A stretch of DNA of 64,000 bases from Novosphingobium sp. GTDB lineage: Bacteria; Pseudomonadota; Alphaproteobacteria; Sphingomonadales; Sphingomonadaceae. Positions 18,560-26,254 of the stretch are shown piece by piece (position 1 is the stretch's first letter; each line of letters starts with the position of its first letter). Where the stretch lies: assembly GCF_027486195.1 (NCBI RefSeq), contig NZ_JAIXPP010000042.1, positions 4,554 to 68,553 on the forward strand. Reading direction: 5' to 3'. The translations under genes were made by a program, and so were the position numbers. The notes beneath the pieces are model-generated. The model was not told the origin of the DNA, searched no databases, and saw only the letters and a list, made by a program, of their open reading frames with translations.

Positions 18560-19357
18560 ATGACCTATCGCACGATCACGGTGGAGAAGCGCGGCGCGGC
18601 GGACTGGCTGACGCTGAACCGCCCCGATCAGCTCAATTCCATTTCGCTGGAGATGGTGGACGAGCTTTCCCACTATTTCGGCGCCCTGTTCAACGACCGC
18701 GAAACGCGCGTGGTGGTGATGCGCGGGGCAGGTCGGGCCTTCTGCGCCGGGCTCGATATCAAGGACCGACAAGCGGCGAATGGCCCCGATCCGTTTGGCG
18801 GGGGCTTCGGCTTTCAGGGCCATCTGGCAGACGTCTATGTGAAGATGCGGCGCTGCCCGCAGCCGATTCTGGCGCTGGTGCACGGCGCAGCTTGCGGCGG
18901 AGGCTTTGCGTTCGTGCTGGCGGCAGATATCCGCATTGCGGGCGAGAGCGCCAGGATGAATGCCGCTTTCATCAAGCTGGGGCTTTCCTCCTGCGACATG
19001 GGCGTCAGCTACTTCCTGCCGCGCCTGGTCGGCACTTCGGTTGCCTCGGAGCTTATGCTGACCGGGCGTTTCATCCATGCGCCGCGCGCGCTGGCGACGG
19101 GGCTGGTGAGCGAGGTAGTGCCCGACGACCAGCTCGAAACCGTGGCCGAGGGTTATGTCGCAGATATGCTCGCGGCCTCGCCGCGCGGGCTGCGCATGAC
19201 CAAGGAGGGGCTGAGCCTCGCGGTGGATGCGCCGAGCCTTGAAGCAGCGATGGCGATCGAGAACCGCAACCAGCTGATGACCGCCGTCAGCCCCAATTTC
19301 GCCGAAGGGATGCGCGCCTTCCTCGAGAAGCGCCGCCCGAACTACATTCCAGACTGA
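18560..19357 (+). CDS. enoyl-CoA hydratase/isomerase (crotonase)
   Basis: 265 aa, with RAFCAGLDI and the oxyanion-hole region HGAACGGGFAFVLAAD. Confidence 0.9.
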   Translation: MTYRTITVEKRGAADWLTLNRPDQLNSISLEMVDELSHYFGALFNDRETRVVVMRGAGRAFCAGLDIKDRQAANGPDPFGGGFGFQGHLADVYVKMRRCPQPILALVHGAACGGGFAFVLAADIRIAGESARMNAAFIKLGLSSCDMGVSYFLPRLVGTSVASELMLTGRFIHAPRALATGLVSEVVPDDQLETVAEGYVADMLAASPRGLRMTKEGLSLAVDAPSLEAAMAIENRNQLMTAVSPNFAEGMRAFLEKRRPNYIPD

Positions 19358-19371
19358 ACGGACAACGGACC

Positions 19372-21402
19372 ATGTCGCACGCCAAATATCCGCTGATGTT
19401 CTCAGCCCTGACGATCCGGGGCAACCGGCTCAAGAACCGCATCATCATGGGCTCGATGCATTCCGGCCTCGAAGATCTGCCCAATGCGGCGGAGCGCCTT
19501 TCGGCCTACTTCGTCGAGCGCGTGAAGGGCGGGGTGGGCATGATCATCACCGGCGGCATCACCCCGCACCCCAGCGGCGGGCGCGGCGCAAAGCTGAGCG
19601 AGCCTTCGGAAGTGCCGATGCACCGCGCAGTGACGGAAGCGGTCCATGCCGCCGATCCGGAGGTCAAGATCTGCATGCAGATACTGCACTCAGGACCAAT
19701 GGCCAACGTTCGCGAAGCGGTCGGTCCCTCGCCGGTTCGTTCGCGCCTCGCCAAGCATGCGCCGCTCGAACTCGATGAAGCGGGAATCGAGGAACAGATC
19801 GCCGCCTTTGCCAACTGCGCGGCGCTGGCCGTCGAGGCAGGCTACGACGGGGTCGAGATCATCGGCTCGGCAGGCTATCTGATTTCCACGTTCCTCGTCG
19901 AGAAGACCAACCAGCGCAATGACCGCTGGGGCGGCTCGTGGGAAAACCGGATGCGCTTTCCTATCGAGATCGTGCGCCGCACCCGTGCCGCACTCGGCGA
20001 TGACAAGATGCTGATCTTCCGCATTTCAGCGATGGACATGCTTGAAGGCGGGCTCGCGTGGGAGGAAGTGACGAGCCTGGCGAAAGCACTGGAAGCGAAC
20101 GGTGCGGATGTGATCAGCACGCACTTCTGCTGGCACGAAAGCCAGGTGCCGACGATTGCGACGATGGTGCCGCGCGCGGCCTTTGCGCAGGTGACCGGCA
20201 AGCTGCGCGAGGCGGTCTCTATCCCGCTCATCACCAGCAACCGTATCAACATGCCGCATGTGGCCGAAGAGGTGCTGGCGCGCGGGGATGCCGACCTCAT
20301 CTCGATGGCGCGGCCGATGCTGGCCGACGCGGAGATCGTGAAGAAGGCGTGGGAAGGCCGCGAGGACGAGATCAACACCTGCATCGCGTGCAACCAGGCC
20401 TGCCTTGATCATACGTTCACCGGCCAGCTGACCAGTTGCCTCGTCAACGCGCGGGCCTGCCGCGAGACGGAGATTACGGTGGCGCCGGCCACGACGGCGC
20501 GGCGGATCGCGGTGGTCGGCGCGGGGCCGGCGGGGCTTGCCTATGCGACGATCGCTTCGGGGCGCGGGCACAAGGTGACGCTGTTCGATGCGGCGGACGA
20601 GATCGGCGGGCAGTTCAATCTGGCGCGCAAGATTCCGGGCAAGGAAGAGTTCGACGAGACGATCCGCTATTTCGGGCGGATGATCGAGGTGAACGGCATC
20701 GAGCTGAAGCTCGCCACGCGCGTCAATGCGGACATGCTGGCGGCGGGCGGGTTCGACGAGATCGTGATTGCCACCGGCATCACGCCGCGCAAGCCCGAAA
20801 TCGAGGGCATCGATCACCCCAAGGCGGTGCGCTATGTCGATGTGATCACCGGCAAGGCTGCGGTCGGCCAGAAAGTGGCGATCATGGGCGCGGGCGGGAT
20901 CGGGTTCGATGTGGCCGAACTGATCACCCATGCGGGGACGCCGGGTTCGCTCGATGTCGATGTCTTCGCCAAGGAATGGGGCATCGATTTCAAGAACCAC
21001 CCGCGGGGCGGGGTGACCGGGGTGGTGCCCGAAGTGGCCTCGAGCGGGCGCGAAGTCTGGCTGCTTCAGCGCAAGGCGAGCGCGGTGGGCAAGGGGCTGG
21101 GCCGCACCACCGGCTGGACGCACCGCATCACCTTGCAGCGGCGCGGCGTGCAGATGCTGGGCGGGGTGGAGTATGACCGGATCGACGATGCCGGCCTCCA
21201 CATCCGCGTGGAGGGAGAGCCTCGGCTGCTGGAAGTCGATACCGTGATCGTTTGCGCCGGGCAGGAACCGGCGCGCGGGCTTTATGATGACCTCGTCGCG
21301 CGGGGCCTTTCGCCGCAGCTGATCGGCGGCGCCTACGAGGCGGCGGAACTCGATGCCAAGCGGGCGATTCTGCAGGCGACCGAACTGGCGGTGGCCGTCT
21401 AG
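19372..21402 (+). CDS. fadH: NADPH-dependent 2,4-dienoyl-CoA reductase (OYE + FeS + FAD/NAD domains)
   Basis: 676 aa. N-terminal OYE TIM barrel (IIMGSMHSG...), a CIACNQACLD 4Fe-4S motif and a C-terminal VVGAGPAGLA Rossmann fold. Confidence 0.9.
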   Translation: MSHAKYPLMFSALTIRGNRLKNRIIMGSMHSGLEDLPNAAERLSAYFVERVKGGVGMIITGGITPHPSGGRGAKLSEPSEVPMHRAVTEAVHAADPEVKICMQILHSGPMANVREAVGPSPVRSRLAKHAPLELDEAGIEEQIAAFANCAALAVEAGYDGVEIIGSAGYLISTFLVEKTNQRNDRWGGSWENRMRFPIEIVRRTRAALGDDKMLIFRISAMDMLEGGLAWEEVTSLAKALEANGADVISTHFCWHESQVPTIATMVPRAAFAQVTGKLREAVSIPLITSNRINMPHVAEEVLARGDADLISMARPMLADAEIVKKAWEGREDEINTCIACNQACLDHTFTGQLTSCLVNARACRETEITVAPATTARRIAVVGAGPAGLAYATIASGRGHKVTLFDAADEIGGQFNLARKIPGKEEFDETIRYFGRMIEVNGIELKLATRVNADMLAAGGFDEIVIATGITPRKPEIEGIDHPKAVRYVDVITGKAAVGQKVAIMGAGGIGFDVAELITHAGTPGSLDVDVFAKEWGIDFKNHPRGGVTGVVPEVASSGREVWLLQRKASAVGKGLGRTTGWTHRITLQRRGVQMLGGVEYDRIDDAGLHIRVEGEPRLLEVDTVIVCAGQEPARGLYDDLVARGLSPQLIGGAYEAAELDAKRAILQATELAVAV

Positions 21403-21415
21403 GACTTGCCGGAGG

Positions 21416-21444
21416 CGCCACCCCGGATCGCATCCGGGGTGGCG
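21416..21444 (+). terminator. hairpin after fadH
   Basis: CGCCACCCCGGAT-cgc-ATCCGGGGTGGCG lies 14 nt after the stop. There is no T-tract. Confidence 0.4.
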
Positions 21445-21611
21445 TGGCAGTGGGGTGCCGGAGAATGCACGCTGAACGGATGGCGGGTGCTGCCTATCGC
21501 CGCCATCTCTCCTTATATGATTTGAAATATAACTAAAGGTATGTGTCAGTGCTGGTTTCCATAGCAGGAATCCGCTAGTCCCGCTTGGTCGGACCGTCGG
21601 GAACTTGTTGT

Positions 21612-22292
21612 ATGGTATGGCATACCTTGCCAATCCGGGCGCATTCAGCGCCGGAGCGGGATGCAAACTATCGTTTGGTAGAGGCTTGCGACTCGGCGGG
21701 AGCCCGGCCGGCGCAAGCGTTTGGCGCGCTGGTAGAGCCTTATGCCGATTTCTTTGCCTATGGCACCGGTGCAGGCGGCAACGCCGCGGCGCTGATCGAG
21801 GGCCTGCTGCGGCTGGAGGCCATGGCTGCGGCAATCGAGGCCAGGATCGCGCCCTTGTGGCAGGATCTGGCGCGGAGCGCGCTGACAGTGGCTGAGGACA
21901 AGAACAAGCAGCGGGTCGATCGCCTGTTCGGACTCGATGGCAGGGCCGGGTTGCTGGGCGAAGTCAGGCGCTTGCAGCGCCTTGCCGCGCAGGAATTGCC
22001 CCACATGTCCGCAGCGGACAAGACCGCATTCCTGGGCGCGCTGATCGATTGTGCCGGCGCATTCCTGCCCGGTGATAGCGGCGCGGTGGAGCATTCCGGG
22101 GTACTTGCGCTGCCGGTCTATCTGCAGGCGCTGGCTCTTGTCGTGCTGGTGCGGGATTGGATTGCCGCACCTCCGGGCTTGGCAGAGCAGGCCGCCATCA
22201 GCCGCCACCGGGCGTTTCTGCTCGGTGGCGGAAGCCCGGCAGGACCGGCGGACACCGCGCTCGCTGCTGCAGCGCAGGCGCTGGCCCGCTAA
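21612..22292 (+). CDS. hypothetical protein (unrecognised, Ala/Leu-rich)
   Basis: High GC3 through most of the ORF argues for real coding. I recognise no motif. The start is uncertain (TTG 21585, ATG 21612). An unusually AT-rich intergenic patch precedes it. Confidence 0.5.
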   Translation: MVWHTLPIRAHSAPERDANYRLVEACDSAGARPAQAFGALVEPYADFFAYGTGAGGNAAALIEGLLRLEAMAAAIEARIAPLWQDLARSALTVAEDKNKQRVDRLFGLDGRAGLLGEVRRLQRLAAQELPHMSAADKTAFLGALIDCAGAFLPGDSGAVEHSGVLALPVYLQALALVVLVRDWIAAPPGLAEQAAISRHRAFLLGGGSPAGPADTALAAAAQALAR

Positions 22293-22301
22293 CGCTGCAG
22301 C

Positions 22302-23081
22302 CTACTGGCTGCGGCCGCGCGCTTGCACCGCGAGGCGGCGGGCTTCGACTTCTTCCGGCTTGACCGCCGAGTTTGCAGCGGAGGAGCGGCTGGCCTCCAG
22401 CGCCATGCCTTCGCCAAAGGGCAGGGCATAGCCATCGTCGATCAGCGCCTTGTAATTGCGCAGGAAAGTGGGGTCGATCGAAGCTATATCGCGCGCGATC
22501 TGCTGCGCGGCGGATAGCAAGGCCTCAGGCTCGACCACGCGGTTGACGAGGCCCCAGCGCTCGGCGGTTGCGGCATCGAGGAAGTTGCCGGTGAAAGAGA
22601 GCTCCTTGGCACGGCTGATCCCGATCAGGCGCGGGAGCTTCTGCGAGAGGCCCCAGCCGGGATAGACGCCGACGCGCGCGTGCGTATCGGCAAAGCGCGC
22701 GTTGGTGGAGGCGATCAGAACATCGCAGGCGAGCGCGACTTCGAAGCCGCCGGTGATGGCGACACCGTTGATCGCGCCGACAACGGGCTTGCGGCAGATT
22801 TCGATCGCCTTGACCGGATTTTCGGAAGCGCCTTCGGCATTCGCCGCGCCCAGCGCGCCGGCCTGGGAACCGAGTTCCTTGAGATCGAGCCCGGCGGTGA
22901 AGGCGCGCGTGCCGGCGCCGGTGAGCACGACGGCGCGCACGGCATCATCGGCATCGAGCGCGGTCATCACTTCGGCAAGGCGCGCGCGCAGGGCCTTCGA
23001 CAGCGCATTCATCGCCTCGGGCCGGTTGAGCGTGACGGTGGCGACACCGTCTGCGATATCGACGAGGATGAGATCGGTCAT
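22302..23081 (-). CDS. enoyl-CoA hydratase/isomerase (crotonase)
   Basis: 259 aa, with AFTAGLDLKE and GAINGVAITGGFEVALACD. Confidence 0.9.
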   Translation of the reverse strand: MTDLILVDIADGVATVTLNRPEAMNALSKALRARLAEVMTALDADDAVRAVVLTGAGTRAFTAGLDLKELGSQAGALGAANAEGASENPVKAIEICRKPVVGAINGVAITGGFEVALACDVLIASTNARFADTHARVGVYPGWGLSQKLPRLIGISRAKELSFTGNFLDAATAERWGLVNRVVEPEALLSAAQQIARDIASIDPTFLRNYKALIDDGYALPFGEGMALEASRSSAANSAVKPEEVEARRLAVQARGRSQ

Positions 23082-23143
23082 GGCGTGATCCTTAAGTAGG
23101 CAGGGCCGCTTTGACCACGGCGCGCGGGGCCATGCACCTCTGC

Positions 23144-23410
23144 TTATTGCGGAGGCTGCGACATCCCGCCGTAGAGATCCATGAAGTTGCGCGCCGCATC
23201 GCGTTCGGCGGGATCCTTGAAGGCAATGTCGAGATCGGGCGCGCTGCCCAGGATGTGCATCAGCGCCCAGAGCGCAAAGCGGCGTGCCGGATCGGTTTCC
23301 AGCCCGAAATCGACGGAGAGGCGCTCGGCCCCGGCAGCAAGCTCGGCAGCGCTGAGGCCGCCAAGGTCCGCCGTGCCGAAGTAGCGGCGCATGAGATCAT
23401 CGAAGCCCAT
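23144..23410 (-). CDS. small hypothetical protein (88 aa)
   Basis: GGAGGA RBS 7 nt upstream and good GC3. No recognisable domain. Confidence 0.5.
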   Translation of the reverse strand: MGFDDLMRRYFGTADLGGLSAAELAAGAERLSVDFGLETDPARRFALWALMHILGSAPDLDIAFKDPAERDAARNFMDLYGGMSQPPQ

Positions 23411-23426
23411 CAGCCTTGTTCCTCCC

Positions 23427-23472
23427 CCAAAACGCGAACGGCACGCGAGAGAAGGTCCCCCGCGTGCCGTTC
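23427..23472 (-). terminator. rho-independent terminator of hup
   Basis: GAACGGCACGCG ... CGCGTGCCGTTC stem. On the minus strand it is followed by GCGTTTTGGGGG. Confidence 0.6.
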
Positions 23473-23508
23473 TGGCATCATCAGCGCACCTTGCGGGCGC
23501 ATGACGGA

Positions 23509-23784
23509 TCAGCCGTTAAGCTTGTCCTTGACCGACTTCGCCGCAGCGAAGGTCAGCTTGCGCGAAGCGGCGATCTGGATGGGGGCGCCGGTCGAGGGAT
23601 TGCGGCCTTCGCGGGCCGGGCTTTCCTTGACCTTGAACTTCCCGAACGCGCTCAGCGAGACTTCCTCGCCCTTGGCAGCCGCATCGGCAATCGCCGCGAA
23701 CACGGTGTCGACCAGCTTCTTGGCATCGGCCTTGGTGAGGCCCGCGCTGGCAGCAACGGCTTCGGCGAGTTCAGCAGTATTCAT
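23509..23784 (-). CDS. hup: HU-family DNA-binding protein
   Basis: 91 aa: MNTAELAEAVAASAGLTKADAKKLVDTVF...FGKFKVKESPAREGRNPSTGAPIQIAASRKLTF. GGAGA RBS. Confidence 0.9.
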   Translation of the reverse strand: MNTAELAEAVAASAGLTKADAKKLVDTVFAAIADAAAKGEEVSLSAFGKFKVKESPAREGRNPSTGAPIQIAASRKLTFAAAKSVKDKLNG

Positions 23785-24043
23785 GATCCCAATTCTCCAA
23801 CGGTTGGACGCGCCGGTTAGCTTGGCCTGCGCCCTGCGTCCAGCCTCGAACACGCAGAATACGCTGGAATCTGGGGGAATCCGGATGAACCTGCCCATCC
23901 CTGTCGCCGGAACGATGTTCAAGTAGCGGCGATTTTGACGACAGAACATTGCTTGACGATATCGGCAGGGCGACTGCGCATCCGATCAGCGCTGAATCTG
24001 GTCAATCCCATTGCTGGCGTTCCGGCCACCAACTGGCTCGGCG

Positions 24044-24409
24044 CTATCGCAGCAGCGTGGCAGTTGATGCTGCGTCACCGTGGCCCGGCTGAAACCGCGG
24101 GGCGGCGAAGCTGAACGGCACGTCGGCGCTTCCACTATAGAGCTCGTGATGCGGAGCAGCTTCGGCGAACGCGGCGGCGAGGTTGAAGAGGTTGGTCTGC
24201 GCCTCGTCCATCCCGTCCAGTGTGCAGTTGGCCAGTTCCTCCAGGATATCCGGCAGCCGAGGCATGACCGCCGCATAAAGGCTGGCAAAGTCTGCCGCGC
24301 TCGCACCCCAGCGGATCCGGCTGCGATCATTCTCCGTGGCCTGCCCCCACTGCTCCGCGAAGGGGGTGAGGTCTGAAAACGCGGCGGGCAGCGCAAGTGT
24401 CGTGGTCAT
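24044..24409 (-). CDS. uncharacterised ~120-aa Rieske-oxygenase-associated protein (paralog 1)
   Basis: The start at 24409 has a GGAGAA RBS and lies 11 nt after the oxygenase stop. It is paralogous to 31139-31501 and 39102-39476 (shared P..F..L.PF..W and LFNL...AE.A.H.E.Y blocks). Confidence 0.6.
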   Translation of the reverse strand: MTTTLALPAAFSDLTPFAEQWGQATENDRSRIRWGASAADFASLYAAVMPRLPDILEELANCTLDGMDEAQTNLFNLAAAFAEAAPHHELYSGSADVPFSFAAPRFQPGHGDAASTATLLR

Positions 24410-24420
24410 CGGCGTTCTCC

Positions 24421-25674
24421 TCAGCGCGCAAGATACTGGTCGAGCGTGCGCGCGGCGTGACGGATCATGAACTCCTGATCCATGAGCTGCATGGTATCGA
24501 TCGCGCCCGAGCGAATGCCGAGGAAGGTGTCCTCCATGGTGCCGGTGTCCTCCAGCCAGGCATTGCGGTGGAGCGCGTTGACGTGCAGCTGCGCGATCCG
24601 CTCGGCTGCATTCCGGGCGGGCCTGAAGTAGTTGATCCCCTCCCACAAAGTGCGGCCATGATCGAGCGGCCAGAACTGGTGCGTGAAGAAGGCCATGCCG
24701 GGATAGCCGCAACCCGCCGCCAGGTGGATCAGGAAGTTCGGAAAGATGTTCGGCAGTTCGAACTGGAAGTCGCCGCGCCCCGTGGGATTGATCCCGGGCG
24801 GCACGAGTTCGGGCCGGGGACCATGCTCGCGGTCGGCATGCAGAACCCCGGCGAACTGCGCCGTCGAGGCTGCCGCGTCCATCCCGCCCCCGTAGATCGT
24901 CGAGGAGGCATGCGGCCCTACCAGCTTGAAATCGGCGTGCTCGATGCCGGTGAAGCCCGGCAGCGATCCGGCGTGGATGGTGGGGACGTGGTACCCTTCC
25001 GAAAACGCGTAGAGGGCCACTTTCCAGTTGCATTCCAGCACGGTCGAATAGCGGAATGCCGTGGTTGCCTCGTGGTAGGGGAAACCGCTGAACAAGGCGC
25101 CGAAGTCTCCCAGATAGTCGGCGAGGCTCTGTTCAGGCTGATCCGCGAAGTTGATGAAGATGAACCCCTCCCACGTATCGCAGGCAATCTCTCGCAGGCC
25201 GAGGCAGGCCTTGTCGAGCTGCCCGAAGCCGCTTTCCAGCGGCACTGAGCGCAGTGGGCCGTCGGTGTTGAACACCCAGCCATGGAACCGGCACGAAAGG
25301 ACATTGGCCCGCGCCTTGCCGAAGCTCTCGAAGCCGCTCGTCGGCACGACCTTGTTGCCGCGGTGGGTGCAGACATTGTGGAACGCACGGACCTTGCCGT
25401 CCTTGCCGCGCACGATCAGCACGGAAGTATCGGCGACCGGCATTTCCTTGACCTTGTAGTCGCCCCGCTCGGGAATCTCCCAATCCGTCGCGACTTTGAG
25501 CCAGGCGCGGCCGAAGACCTTCTTCCGCTCGAGCGCATAGATTTCGGGATCGCGAATGGCATCGATCGCGACCGGGCCAACGCCCAGCTCCGTTCTGATC
25601 TGATCGATCGAACGGCCGAGATGGGCGAATTTCTCCGCGCCCGGACGCAGCGTTGCACCGGAAAGATCATTCAT
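24421..25674 (-). CDS. Rieske non-heme iron oxygenase, alpha subunit (set 1)
   Basis: 417 aa with the Rieske motif CTHRG...CRFHGW and a catalytic C-terminal domain. Confidence 0.9.
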   Translation of the reverse strand: MNDLSGATLRPGAEKFAHLGRSIDQIRTELGVGPVAIDAIRDPEIYALERKKVFGRAWLKVATDWEIPERGDYKVKEMPVADTSVLIVRGKDGKVRAFHNVCTHRGNKVVPTSGFESFGKARANVLSCRFHGWVFNTDGPLRSVPLESGFGQLDKACLGLREIACDTWEGFIFINFADQPEQSLADYLGDFGALFSGFPYHEATTAFRYSTVLECNWKVALYAFSEGYHVPTIHAGSLPGFTGIEHADFKLVGPHASSTIYGGGMDAAASTAQFAGVLHADREHGPRPELVPPGINPTGRGDFQFELPNIFPNFLIHLAAGCGYPGMAFFTHQFWPLDHGRTLWEGINYFRPARNAAERIAQLHVNALHRNAWLEDTGTMEDTFLGIRSGAIDTMQLMDQEFMIRHAARTLDQYLAR

Positions 25675-25707
25675 GTGCAGTCTCCTAGGTCAGGAATGGG
25701 GACGAGC

Positions 25708-26190
25708 TCAGGCGTCCGACAATTGTGCCGGTTTCGGCTGCCAGCCGTCCGGGTAGTGCGAGATCAGGTCCGCCTCGAGCTCGAGGTAGGCGAAGCGCCA
25801 CCGGCCCTCGTCGAGCCTGACTTGCGCCTTGTAGCGGCCGCCGATCCAGTAGGCCTTGCCGCTGGCTGCCGTGGCCGCCTCCCACAGATAGAAGTCGACC
25901 GTTCCCGCCGTTTGATCCTCGGCCAGGGCAACCTTGGGCGAGACAAGAAAATGCAGAGTCCACCTGAAGCCGGCATCGGCATTGCCGGCGACCCCGGCGG
26001 CGATCGCTTCGCTTCCCTCGAAGCTGCCGTACTGATCGATCACGAACCGGCTGTCGGCGGTGAACAGCGGGCGAAGCGCTGCTGCCGATGGGCCGGCGTC
26101 AAAGGCGCGCCCGAGGTCTGCAATCAGGTCGTCAATGGCTCGCAACGCTTCGAGCTGGCGCAGGCGCTGTTCGAGATTGCCTGTGTCCAT
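25708..26190 (-). CDS. SnoaL_4/NTF2-like protein (set 1)
   Basis: The start at 26190 has a GGGAGAAAG RBS. 160 aa: NLEQRLRQLEALRAIDDLIADLGRAFD...RWRFAYLELE. The ORF-track N-terminal extension was discarded. Confidence 0.7.
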   Translation of the reverse strand: MDTGNLEQRLRQLEALRAIDDLIADLGRAFDAGPSAAALRPLFTADSRFVIDQYGSFEGSEAIAAGVAGNADAGFRWTLHFLVSPKVALAEDQTAGTVDFYLWEAATAASGKAYWIGGRYKAQVRLDEGRWRFAYLELEADLISHYPDGWQPKPAQLSDA

Positions 26191-26254
26191 TGTCTTTCTC
26201 CCTGTCGCTGCCGGGGTGGCACGGGGCCACAGCCTTGGGCCACCCCGGCATTCG

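Noticed and set aside
24410-25033. N-terminal 208 codons of ORF 24044-25033.
   Set aside because: This part overlaps the Rieske oxygenase in another frame. Only the last 121 codons have an RBS and paralogs, and they start right after the oxygenase stop.
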